DNA of 64,000 nucleotides from Phycisphaerales bacterium (GCA_965227775.1 OZ245777.1:736001-800000), one strand, 5' to 3'; positions 34,424 through 42,719 are shown, numbered from the stretch's first letter. Notes: a model not told the origin generated them from the letters alone. A program made the numbers and translations.

Positions 34424-35566
34424 CTACTGGGTTGCCTGCTCCGCATCACTGCGGAGCATGCTGGTCACCTGGTCGCCAAGGCTCTGCTGGCCCGAGCCGA
34501 ACACGAAGGTGGTCTTGGCGCCGCGCAGGATCTCCTGCAGCGCCTCGAGCTCACGCAGACGCGCCAGCGCGGGGTTGTCGGCCAGCAGCTTCGCCGTGTT
34601 GGCCTGGCTGCGGACCGCCGCCGTCTCCTCACGACGACGGATGAGGTTCGCCTCGGCCTGCTTCTGGGCGACGATGACCTCGTTCAGGATCACCTTCATG
34701 TCGCCCGGCAGGATCACGTCCCGCAGGCCGACACTCAGGACCGAGACACCAAACTCCGCCGCACGCGACGCGAGCCGGTTGCGGATCTGCGAGCCCACCT
34801 CGTCCTTGTCGGCGAGGAGCTGCTCGAGCGTGCGCCCGCCCACTGCGGTACGCAGCTCAAGCTGGGCCTCGCGGTAGAGCGCCTGCGACCAGTCGGTCAC
34901 TTCCGTGACGGCCTTGGCCGGGTCGGCCACGCGGTGGGTCACCACCAGGTTCATGCGCAGCGTCACCTTGTCGGCCGTCATGATCTCCTGGCCCTGGATA
35001 TCGGCCACCTGCTCGCGCAGGTCGACGCTCTTCCAGGTCACGCTCGCGCCGCCCTTCCAATACACGAAGAGCCCGGGGCCGAGCTGGTCGACCAACTCAC
35101 CGTCTCGGAAGAGCATCACGCGCTCGTGGCTCTCCACGCGCAGCCCGCTTAGCAGCGTCGAGCCGCCGGGGAAGCCCAGGATCGCCTCGAGCTTGGGGTG
35201 CACGAAGCGACCTTCGTGCACGCTGAACCGCTCGACCTCGATGGTCGCCGGCGCGCGCCAGAAGGCGTGCAGCCCGCCGGCCAGGATCGCGCCAAGCCGA
35301 CCGTCGACCCATACGAGCGCCCGCTCGTCGTCCTTCAGATCGACGATCGTGAGGCGAGACGCCAGGCGCTGGTCGCCCACGAGCGCCCGCAGGCGCTCGT
35401 GCTCGAAGCGCGGGCGCAGCGTGTCGATGACCTCGACGCGATCGCGCTGGCTCCAGGGCCAGACGTTGGGCATGCGATACACGCCCGGCTCGAGCACGCG
35501 GTGGAGCTCGCCGTGGCGGAACCACAGGCCGAGCTCGAGCGTGCGTACGCGGATGGTCTTGAGCAT
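34424..35566 (-). CDS. Slipin family (SPFH/band 7) protein
   Basis: Repeated L.PG.Y/F modules, QEIMTADKVTLRMN, GLRDVILPGDMK.ILN, RREETAAVRSQANTAKL; RBS AAGGAG before ATG 35566. Confidence 0.92.
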   Translation of the reverse strand: MLKTIRVRTLELGLWFRHGELHRVLEPGVYRMPNVWPWSQRDRVEVIDTLRPRFEHERLRALVGDQRLASRLTIVDLKDDERALVWVDGRLGAILAGGLHAFWRAPATIEVERFSVHEGRFVHPKLEAILGFPGGSTLLSGLRVESHERVMLFRDGELVDQLGPGLFVYWKGGASVTWKSVDLREQVADIQGQEIMTADKVTLRMNLVVTHRVADPAKAVTEVTDWSQALYREAQLELRTAVGGRTLEQLLADKDEVGSQIRNRLASRAAEFGVSVLSVGLRDVILPGDMKVILNEVIVAQKQAEANLIRRREETAAVRSQANTAKLLADNPALARLRELEALQEILRGAKTTFVFGSGQQSLGDQVTSMLRSDAEQATQ

Positions 35567-36032
35567 GTCAGACGCTCCTTTCTCCGATCGGTGAATCGAA
35601 AACCAGGTGAACCCAGGAAACAACACGATCCCTGCGATCCGCGGACGCACGACGGCAAATGCAAGCCAGAAGAGTCCCGAAGCCACTTCCACGCCCGCGT
35701 CGGGCCGGGGAGCCGGGCTTGAGTCGCCGCAGTGAGCGCTCGGCGCCGTTCGGGTTGCCCAGGGCTCGCCGCGTTTAACAAGGAACGCGAGCGTGCCCGG
35801 AGCGCGCCGGAGGGGCGTTGCGCTGTACGGCACCGGTATCTGCCCGACCACTGGCCGCCCGGAGCGGTCCCCCATGTCCTCGCATAGCGATGCCATGCAT
35901 CGCGCCGCTCGGACGGGGGTGCGTGGTGGTGGTGGGTGGTCCCCTGGCTTACGTGACAGCTCCAGACCTGAATCTGGCGGGCTCTGAACCCGGGGGGGAG
36001 TCGAACCCCCATTGGCGTGCAAGGCCAACCTG

Positions 36033-36105
36033 TGTGCGATGCCAGACTCGAACCGGCGACACCGGAGATCTCGCTCCGTGCTCTGACCAACTGAGCTAAT
36101 CGCGC
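36033..36105 (-). other. tRNA-like element (cloverleaf with 6-nt anticodon loop)
   Basis: GCGCGAT-TA-GCTC AGTTGGTCA GAGC-A-CGGAG CGAGAT CTCCG-GTGTC-GCCGG TTCGAGT CTGGC-ATCGCAC-A; C2:A71 mismatch. Confidence 0.8.
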
Positions 36106-36187
36106 ACCAACCGCTACCGGCAGAACCCATGTCTCGAAACACGCTCACCCGACGCGGGCGCGTGTCGACGGACGGCAGCGTTTGGAA

Positions 36188-36254
36188 AGGACGCGGAAGG
36201 ACTCGAACCTTCCAATCGCGCACCGCGTGCGCGGGCCGCCCACTCGGGGCGTCC
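36188..36254 (-). other. Degenerate tRNA-like element (acceptor and T-arm intact, no anticodon loop)
   Basis: GGACGC/GCGTCC stem, GAAGG TTCGAGT CCTTC T-arm, CGCGCAC-GCG-GTGCGCG in place of the anticodon arm. Confidence 0.65.
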
Positions 36255-36332
36255 ATGGGACCGTCGTGCGTCTGCGGATGTCAGAGAGCAGCGAGGGCCA
36301 GTCCCTCGCACGAAACCGAGTCAACGAACCAG

Positions 36333-36419
36333 TGGGCCGGGCAGGACTCGAACCTGCGGTGTTTGCCTCGTGGGTGCCCGGTTTACAGCCGGGGAGCTTC
36401 GCCGCTTGCATACCGACCC
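36333..36419 (-). tRNA. tRNA-Tyr(GTA), atypical D-stem and variable region
   Basis: GGGTCGG/CCGGCCC-A acceptor, CCCGG-CT GTA AA-CCGGG, 19-nt variable region, GCAGG TTCGAGT CCTGC. Confidence 0.85.
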
Positions 36420-36438
36420 GAATCAGAAACCTCTGCAA

Positions 36439-36512
36439 TGACCCCGGCAGGATTCGAACCTGCACTGAGCGGATTCTGAATCCGCCGCCTCTGCCTGTTG
36501 GGCTACGGGGCC
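36439..36512 (-). tRNA. tRNA-Leu(CAG) with short (5-nt) variable loop
   Basis: GGCCCCG/CGGGGTC-A acceptor, GCGGA-TT CAG AA-TCCGC, variable TCAGT, GCAGG TTCGAAT CCTGC. Confidence 0.9.
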
Positions 36513-36859
36513 CGTTGTTATGTTCTCGCCGTCCAGGTGCACCGATCGCGCACACGGTTGCAAGAACCGAAACTCACACGACAACCGTGCGCCCGTCCAG
36601 CGGGAACCCGATCGTCAACACAATGTCGCACCGGCCCCGGAAGGGGAACTCGCCGCCGACGGCCCGACCTGATTGGAAGGGGATGGCGTCGGCTCGCGGG
36701 TTCCGCTGCCGACGCCGGGCGATTAGCCAGACGTTCGCGGCAGCATTCCATCTTCGACCAACAGGCCGAATTGCAGGCTTGCAAGATACCACGCATCGCG
36801 TGGCGACTTGTCGGCGCCTTGCTTCATCGAGATGGAGTGCTGCAACGTCATAGGCCGAG

Positions 36860-36888
36860 AGTTTTCCACACGAATCACCCGCCGTCAA
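36860..36888 (-). promoter_or_regulatory. Putative sigma70-type promoter for the tRNA/ncRNA/slipin unit
   Basis: TTGACG-17 nt-AAAACT on the minus strand in an AT-richer stretch. Confidence 0.5.
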
Positions 36889-37009
36889 GCGGATATCGCA
36901 AAAACTTTACATCTGATGCCGTGTTGCAACAACCACTGCAACGCGGCATCGAGTTGGATTTCATGTTCGAAGCGGGCCGTACGAGATCGATCAAACGTGC
37001 AGCACGAAG

Positions 37010-37864
37010 CTACCCGAGATCGCTCGGCATCGCTTGCTCGAACCAGTCCCGCATCGCTCGCCACGAGCGCTTGTCTGCCGTCTCGTCGTACGCGGCGCCC
37101 TTGCCCTCGGCGGGCGGACCGGCGGCCTTGCTCGTGAAGCTGTGAACCGCGTTGGCGTAGTCGATGAACACAAAATCCGCCTCGGCCTGCTGCATCTCGC
37201 GCTTGAAGTCCTGGCGATCTTCGAGCGACACGTACGGATCGTCGTAGCCGTTGCACACCAGCACGCTGGCGGTCACCTGTCCGCGGCGTGGCGCGCTCTC
37301 AAAGCTCAGGCCGCCATGAAAGCTGACGACCGCGTCGAAGTCAAAACCGTGGCGAGCGCACTCGAGCACGACGGTGCCGCCGAAGCAGTAGCCGATGGCG
37401 CCGAGGTTGTCGGTGAGCTTGCGCTGGTCCTCGAGCGCATCGATGGCGGCCTGCACGCGGCCTCGCATGAGCTGGCGGTCCTCGTAGTAGATGCCGGCGA
37501 GCTTGGCGGCCTCTTCGTTGTCCTTCGCGCGCACGTTCTGGCCGTACATGTCGATCGCGAACGCGCGGTAGCCAAGCTTGGCGAGCATGCGCGCGCGTTC
37601 CTTCTCTTCGTCACCCAAGCCACGCCACGCGTGCACGACGAGCACGGTGCCGATCGGATCGCCGCCGGCGGGCTCGACGACCAGCCCCAGCAGCCTCGTG
37701 CCCTCGTGCTCATAGGCGAGCTCGTACTCCTGCTGCAGACGATCCGACCAGCGGCGCGGCTCGAGCGGGCGCTCGGGCGGCGTCGGTCCCTGCTGGGCCA
37801 TCGCACAAACGGCCAGGGTCAGGATGGTCGCGATGGTCACGAGCGCGTTGAGCGGGGTGGACAT
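37010..37864 (-). CDS. Dienelactone hydrolase family protein (secreted)
   Basis: VHAWRGL, GAIGYCFGG nucleophile, VSFHGGL, HSFT. Confidence 0.93.
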   Translation of the reverse strand: MSTPLNALVTIATILTLAVCAMAQQGPTPPERPLEPRRWSDRLQQEYELAYEHEGTRLLGLVVEPAGGDPIGTVLVVHAWRGLGDEEKERARMLAKLGYRAFAIDMYGQNVRAKDNEEAAKLAGIYYEDRQLMRGRVQAAIDALEDQRKLTDNLGAIGYCFGGTVVLECARHGFDFDAVVSFHGGLSFESAPRRGQVTASVLVCNGYDDPYVSLEDRQDFKREMQQAEADFVFIDYANAVHSFTSKAAGPPAEGKGAAYDETADKRSWRAMRDWFEQAMPSDLG

Positions 37865-37951
37865 GGTTGGTCTCCTCAGCCAGAGCGCGATCGCTCTGCC
37901 GCAAGAGGGTACCACCGGGCACCCGCGAGGTTGCCGGCTTGGGGTTGGCCC

Positions 37952-38581
37952 TCAGGCCGCACGCTCAGTCGGGATGAATGAATCGAGCAGCGCTCGCACG
38001 GTGGGCATGGCAACCACCGCGGCGTCGTTGCGCTCGTGGACGTGACGCAGCAGCAGCGTTCCCTCGACGAGGATGGTGAACTGATCCGCGAACGCCTCGG
38101 CGTCGGTCGCGCCCGCTTGGGCGGCCATATCGCGGATGGCGTTACGGGTCTTCTTTTTGTGGGCGACGGCGGCCTGATGCACCGGGTGACGCGGATCGGT
38201 GAACTCGGCCGCAACATTCACGAAGATGCAGCCCCGGTACTCCGGATCGTTGAACCAGCGATCGAGCACGGTGAAGAACGCGAGCAACTGGTCTCGTGGA
38301 TCGTCGCCGGCGATGGTGCGGATGGCGCGCATCCAAGCCTCACTCTCCCACTCGTCACGCTGGCGTACGCAGGCGACGAAGAAGTCATCGCGGCTCTCGA
38401 AGTGGTTGTAGAAGGTCGTCTTCGTCACACCGGCAAGGTCGATGACCTGATCGATGCCCACCGCCTGGAACCCGTAGCGGTAGAACAACTCGAGCCCCGC
38501 GGAAATGAGGCGGGCCTTGCCGGTCTTCGGCTGCGGCGGAAGGCCCAGCAGTTCGACGATGGTCTTGTCAGCACCTTCCAT
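37952..38581 (-). CDS. TetR/AcrR family transcriptional regulator
   Basis: LFYRYGFQAVGIDQVIDLAGVTKTTFYNHFESRD HTH; RGCIFVN. Confidence 0.93.
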   Translation of the reverse strand: MEGADKTIVELLGLPPQPKTGKARLISAGLELFYRYGFQAVGIDQVIDLAGVTKTTFYNHFESRDDFFVACVRQRDEWESEAWMRAIRTIAGDDPRDQLLAFFTVLDRWFNDPEYRGCIFVNVAAEFTDPRHPVHQAAVAHKKKTRNAIRDMAAQAGATDAEAFADQFTILVEGTLLLRHVHERNDAAVVAMPTVRALLDSFIPTERAA

Positions 38582-38620
38582 GTCTGGCTCTCCCTGCGAC
38601 CGAGTGGCGACCGGGAAGGG

Positions 38621-38659
38621 GTGCACGTGGAGTCCACCCAAAGTGGACCCCGAGTGCAC
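38621..38659. promoter_or_regulatory. Palindromic candidate TetR operator
   Basis: GTGCAC-N5-GTCCAC-CCAAA-GTGGAC-N5-GTGCAC between the divergent TetR and OsmC-like genes. Confidence 0.5.
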
Positions 38660-38761
38660 TGTTCGATGGCGGGCCAATCGGCATCATTTCCCTGGTTGGA
38701 GCGACAGCCGAGATTGACCGGCGACCAACCACGAAGTGACCCAACTATAGGAGGTTTCCCG

Positions 38762-39382
38762 ATGTCGACCGTACAGACGCATAGCCACATCAGCGATCAG
38801 TCCGACGCCCTGCAGGCCCACCAGCACGACAGCCGCCAGCGATACATGAACGGCATCGATCTTGAGCAACTCAAGGACGCGGTCTCGGCCATCCAGGCAG
38901 AACCGGCCCAGGGCATGACACGCTGGAACGTTCGCAGCCAGTGGATGGGTGGCACCCGCAGCGACCACCACGTCGAAGGCTTCGAGATCGGCGGGCAGCA
39001 CGTGGCCCGACCGTTCACCATCCACATCGATGAGCCGCACGAGCTCACGGGCTCGAACGAGTATCCCAACCCGCAAGAGCACCTGTTGGCAGCGATGAAC
39101 GCTTGCATGATGGTCGGCTATGCGGCCGTCGCGGGCCTCATGGGCATCTCGCTGCACAAGCTTGAAGTCGTGACCGAGGGCGAGATCGACCTGCGCGGCT
39201 TTCTCGGCCTCGATGAAGACGTTCCCAACGGCTATCCGAAGCTTGTCCAGACGGTGCACATCGCCGGAGATGGCACGCCCGAGCAGTTCGCAGAGCTGCA
39301 CGCGACGGTGAAGGCCACCAGCCCGAACTTCTACAACATCACCCGTGCGATCGAGGCCGAATCCCGGCTTGTCGTCGAGTGA
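38762..39382 (+). CDS. OsmC/Ohr family protein
   Basis: IDEP.EL.G...PNPQEHLLAAMNAC, GEIDLRGFLG, TSP; RBS AGGAGG. Confidence 0.9.
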   Translation: MSTVQTHSHISDQSDALQAHQHDSRQRYMNGIDLEQLKDAVSAIQAEPAQGMTRWNVRSQWMGGTRSDHHVEGFEIGGQHVARPFTIHIDEPHELTGSNEYPNPQEHLLAAMNACMMVGYAAVAGLMGISLHKLEVVTEGEIDLRGFLGLDEDVPNGYPKLVQTVHIAGDGTPEQFAELHATVKATSPNFYNITRAIEAESRLVVE

Positions 39383-39444
39383 AGGACGCGTGCCGGACCT
39401 CCCCACTTCCGCGAGAACGATCGCTCGGAAGCCGAATGGCAAGA

Positions 39445-39471
39445 AAGCCCCTCGTGTCGAGCGGGGGGCTT
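39445..39471. terminator. Terminator hairpin between convergent OsmC-like gene and infA
   Basis: AAGCCCCTCG...CGGGGGGCTT, followed by TTCTT on the minus strand. Confidence 0.6.
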
Positions 39472-39499
39472 ACTGCGTATTCAGATTGCGATGAAGTGC

Positions 39500-39727
39500 T
39501 CAGCGCCCGCGGAACGTGATGCGACCCTTGGTCAGGTCGTATGGCGACATCTCGACGGTCACGGTGTCACCCGGGGTGATACGGATGTAGTGCTTGCGCA
39601 TCTTGCCCGAGACGTAGGCGAGGATCTCGGTCTGCTGCTCGTTGGGCAGGCGCACCTTGAACATGGCGTTGGGAAGCGCCTCAACGACGATCGCTTCCAT
39701 CGTGAATTTATCGTCCTGCTTGGCCAT
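39500..39727 (-). CDS. infA: Translation initiation factor IF-1
   Basis: [47 protein letters not shown]. Confidence 0.98.
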   Translation of the reverse strand: MAKQDDKFTMEAIVVEALPNAMFKVRLPNEQQTEILAYVSGKMRKHYIRITPGDTVTVEMSPYDLTKGRITFRGR

Positions 39728-39883
39728 GCGTGCGAGCAATCCTCCTGCGGGGCTGTCTCCTGCCCTCGAATCGAAACATGTTTCCCGGGTCAACTCGCCC
39801 AGAGAGCCACCACTGTAGCCCGCGAGCCGAGACAAACCCGTGCGAAAGGGCACCCCTACGGAACAAGAACAAAGCCGCCCCGG

Positions 39884-40885
39884 CTATTCCGCAGCGGCGC
39901 TGGCCGGGCCCGGCTTGGCCTCGGGCCTGCTACGGACCTGCCGAGCGATACGGGCCGCCGGCGTGCGGCTCACGGCCTTGCGCCACACCATCGGCGCCGC
40001 CAGCCACGCCGCCGCGAGCGGGCCGAGCGTGTTCGAGCCGCAATCCCGCTGGTAGCCCAGGCGGTCCATGTGCTCGCCGCAGGTGTGCTCGATCGCCGAG
40101 ATGGCCCGCCGCGAGAGTTTGCCGCGGAATCGCCCGACTCGTTTACTCGTGACCGGCTCGAGCGTGCGGTGCTTGTGGGGCTCGTGGTCCGTAAAGCCGC
40201 GATGCTTCCTCTCGTGGGGTTTGAGCATCGGCTCCGAAAACTCGACGCCCAGTACCTCGCAGATGCGGCGTAGCTGGGGCTCCGGATCGGTCACCAGGTC
40301 CTCGTATCGAACGGTCGCAAATCGTGACGGATGGACGAGCGCTTCGAAGTCTGCCTGGCGCTGCTGGTCGATCCGCCAGCGCACCGCCACCGACATCGCC
40401 GGCCCGTTCCAGGCCTCGCGCTGGCTCATCGCCACATCGCGTGGATCTCGCACGATGTGCACGACGGACGAGTTCGGCATCATGGCGAGCAGTTCGAGCA
40501 CGAAGCCCGTGTGCGTGGGGCTCTTCTCACCAATGACCGTCGGCGCGCGCCCGTCCGGCCCGGCTGCGGCCTCGGCGGCCATACGCAGCCACGCACTCAT
40601 GAGCGTCGCGTAGTGCCGCGGGGCGCTCTCGGTCAGCGCCTCGAACCGGTCGGGAACGAAGGCGATGCCCGCGGTCGCGCACCGCTTCTCGATCGCCTTC
40701 TTCGCCGCCTGCCAGCCGCGATCGGTTTGGAGCGATCCCATCTGCCGGCGGTGCTGCCACAGCAGGCTCATGAAGTGCGTCTCTTCGGGAATGAACACGC
40801 CCTGGGCGCGCGAGACCATCGACTGGAGCAGCGTGGTGCCCGAGCGCCCGGTGCCGGTGATGAAGAAGTAGCGCGACGCGTCCAT
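39884..40885 (-). CDS. Sulfotransferase
   Basis: GTGRSGTTLL (5'-PSB), EKSPTH, HIVRDPRDVAMS (3'-PB), RYEDLV.DP. Confidence 0.92.
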   Translation of the reverse strand: MDASRYFFITGTGRSGTTLLQSMVSRAQGVFIPEETHFMSLLWQHRRQMGSLQTDRGWQAAKKAIEKRCATAGIAFVPDRFEALTESAPRHYATLMSAWLRMAAEAAAGPDGRAPTVIGEKSPTHTGFVLELLAMMPNSSVVHIVRDPRDVAMSQREAWNGPAMSVAVRWRIDQQRQADFEALVHPSRFATVRYEDLVTDPEPQLRRICEVLGVEFSEPMLKPHERKHRGFTDHEPHKHRTLEPVTSKRVGRFRGKLSRRAISAIEHTCGEHMDRLGYQRDCGSNTLGPLAAAWLAAPMVWRKAVSRTPAARIARQVRSRPEAKPGPASAAAE

Positions 40886-40897
40886 GCTCCACTCTAA

Positions 40898-42520
40898 TCA
40901 GACGCGTTCGCCCGTGGGACGCAGGCCCAGAGCCGGGCCAGCGATGCGGCCCAGCTTCGCAGGTGCGACCGATAACATGTCTCGAAGCGTGCCAACGAGC
41001 GTCAGCCGAACGATGATCGTTGCCAGCACCACGTACGCACTCCCCGCGGTCAGCATGCGAGCCAGCGACTGCAGCGTCGACTGCTCGACGGCAAGCCCGG
41101 CTTCGGACGCACTTCCCACGGCGCGATGGTGAAGCCAGATGTCTACGGCCATCACCGCGATCGCGCACGCCGCGAGCGTGGCCCAAGGCCGCAGCACCGT
41201 GACGAGGAAACGCACCGCCGGCACGCCCGCCGACCGCAGGCTCCACGCGGCGACGCCCGTGACACCCAGCACGAAGTAGAGGCCAACGCCCGCGGCGATC
41301 AGCCCGGGCTGCTCGGGGAAGAGCAACCCGCCGACGAGCGCGATGCCCGCCATACCGATGCCTTGCAACAGCAGCGCGACGAACTGCGTGCGGAAGCGGC
41401 CCGTGCTCGAGAGCGCCGACTCCTGCACCGACACCAGCAGGCGGAGCGCAAAGCACAGCGACAGCGCCTGCACGGCGGGCACCGCCTCGTCCCACTTGCC
41501 CTGCCAGACGATCTGCTGGAGCGGATCGATGATGACCGCGATGCCGCCGGCGATGCCCGAGGCGATGAGTGTCAGGGCACCACTCACGCGCAACACCGAC
41601 GCCACGTGCCGCTTCACGTCGTGCTGGAAGGCGCTCATGGTGGGCATGAGCACCTGTTGCAGGTTGCTCCCGAGCATCGACAGCACCTGATCGCCCAGCA
41701 TGTACGCGAAGACGTACACGCCCATCACGCTCTCGCTGAGCAGGAAGCCCAGGACGAGGTAGTCGCCCTGCCGCAACAACGCCAGCGCGACCGCCCCGAG
41801 CAGCAGCCACTTCGTGCGCGCCCAGATCGCAGGCCACAACCGAGTCTTGGGCTCGAAACGGATGAGCGTGTCCTTCGTGGCGATGAGGCCGAACAGCCAC
41901 TCGTAGGCGGCCATGATCAAGAGCGACCACGTGAACGTGAGCGGCCCCGCGCCGCTCAGGGCAAGCACGATCATCGCGAGGTAGCGAACGATCGAGCTGC
42001 TGGCGTTCATCGCGGCGACCGCCTTGTAGCGATACTGCATCGACAGCTTCGCGCGATAGATGATGCTGGGGCCGTAGATGCTGGCGGTGATGCCCAGCGA
42101 GACCATGACCATGACGTACTCGTCGTTGTCGTGGATGTGCGCGAGCACCGGGCCAAGGCCACACAGGATGATCGCGGCCAGCACGTTGAGCATGAGCGTC
42201 CACGCGTAGATCGGGCCGACGAGCCCATCGAATCGGTGGATGCCCTTCTGGACAAGCACGCGACGGACCCCGCCATCGCGCAGCACGTTGACCAGGGCCG
42301 CAACGCCGATGGCCGTGCCGAAGATGCCGAAGTCGTCCTTCCCGAGCCAGATGCCCAGGATGACGATGTTGGCCAGGCTCGCGACCTTGACGATCACCGT
42401 CGCGACCAGCAGCCAGCTCAGCCCGCCGCCCACGCGCCGGCCCATGGCCTGGGCCTTCTTTCTCGGACCCGAGTCGGGCCCGCTGGTCTCTGGCTCTGGG
42501 GGCGGTGAGGGCTCGGACAT
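40898..42520 (-). CDS. Oligosaccharide flippase (Wzx/MATE-like)
   Basis: ~12 TM helices; L...DFGIFG, QGDYLVLG..L...MGVY.FAY, QVLMP. Confidence 0.85.
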   Translation of the reverse strand: MSEPSPPPEPETSGPDSGPRKKAQAMGRRVGGGLSWLLVATVIVKVASLANIVILGIWLGKDDFGIFGTAIGVAALVNVLRDGGVRRVLVQKGIHRFDGLVGPIYAWTLMLNVLAAIILCGLGPVLAHIHDNDEYVMVMVSLGITASIYGPSIIYRAKLSMQYRYKAVAAMNASSSIVRYLAMIVLALSGAGPLTFTWSLLIMAAYEWLFGLIATKDTLIRFEPKTRLWPAIWARTKWLLLGAVALALLRQGDYLVLGFLLSESVMGVYVFAYMLGDQVLSMLGSNLQQVLMPTMSAFQHDVKRHVASVLRVSGALTLIASGIAGGIAVIIDPLQQIVWQGKWDEAVPAVQALSLCFALRLLVSVQESALSSTGRFRTQFVALLLQGIGMAGIALVGGLLFPEQPGLIAAGVGLYFVLGVTGVAAWSLRSAGVPAVRFLVTVLRPWATLAACAIAVMAVDIWLHHRAVGSASEAGLAVEQSTLQSLARMLTAGSAYVVLATIIVRLTLVGTLRDMLSVAPAKLGRIAGPALGLRPTGERV

Positions 42521-42719
42521 CGTGGGGCAATAGGCCTCGGGCGGTCGCCGGGTTCGCGCGGGCCTTCGGCGGGCCTCGCAAGTCTCGGGCCGAGCGGGGC
42601 CCAGCCTACCATCGGCCCCGCGGCACGGATGGCACGAGCCGAAACCGACCCGGCCCAGGGAGCAGGCCCGGGCCGATTGCCACCGTATCGACGCGTCAGC
42701 GAAGGATGGAAACCAGACA

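Larger units (their letters stand above)
35637..36279 (-). ncRNA. Large structured ncRNA candidate with embedded tRNA-like modules (possibly GOLLD-like)
   Basis: Nested inverted repeats 35637-35655/36261-36279 (18/19), 35692-35704/36148-36160 (13/13), 35979-35993/36117-36128; many internal hairpins; three T-arm motifs; no credible ORF. Confidence 0.65.

Noticed and set aside
35567..36256. N-terminal 229-aa extension of the slipin ORF in the ORF track
   Set aside because: Runs through tRNA-like and structured RNA; a clear RBS (AAGGAG) precedes ATG 35566
35570..36520. Reading the tRNA cluster as a prophage/ICE attachment site or a Y RNA (YrlA) locus
   Set aside because: No integrase, phage genes or duplicated tRNA 3' end seen; no Ro60/rsr gene in the window, and the modules keep normal arm order rather than the permuted YrlA order. 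A covariance-model search is still needed to exclude this fully
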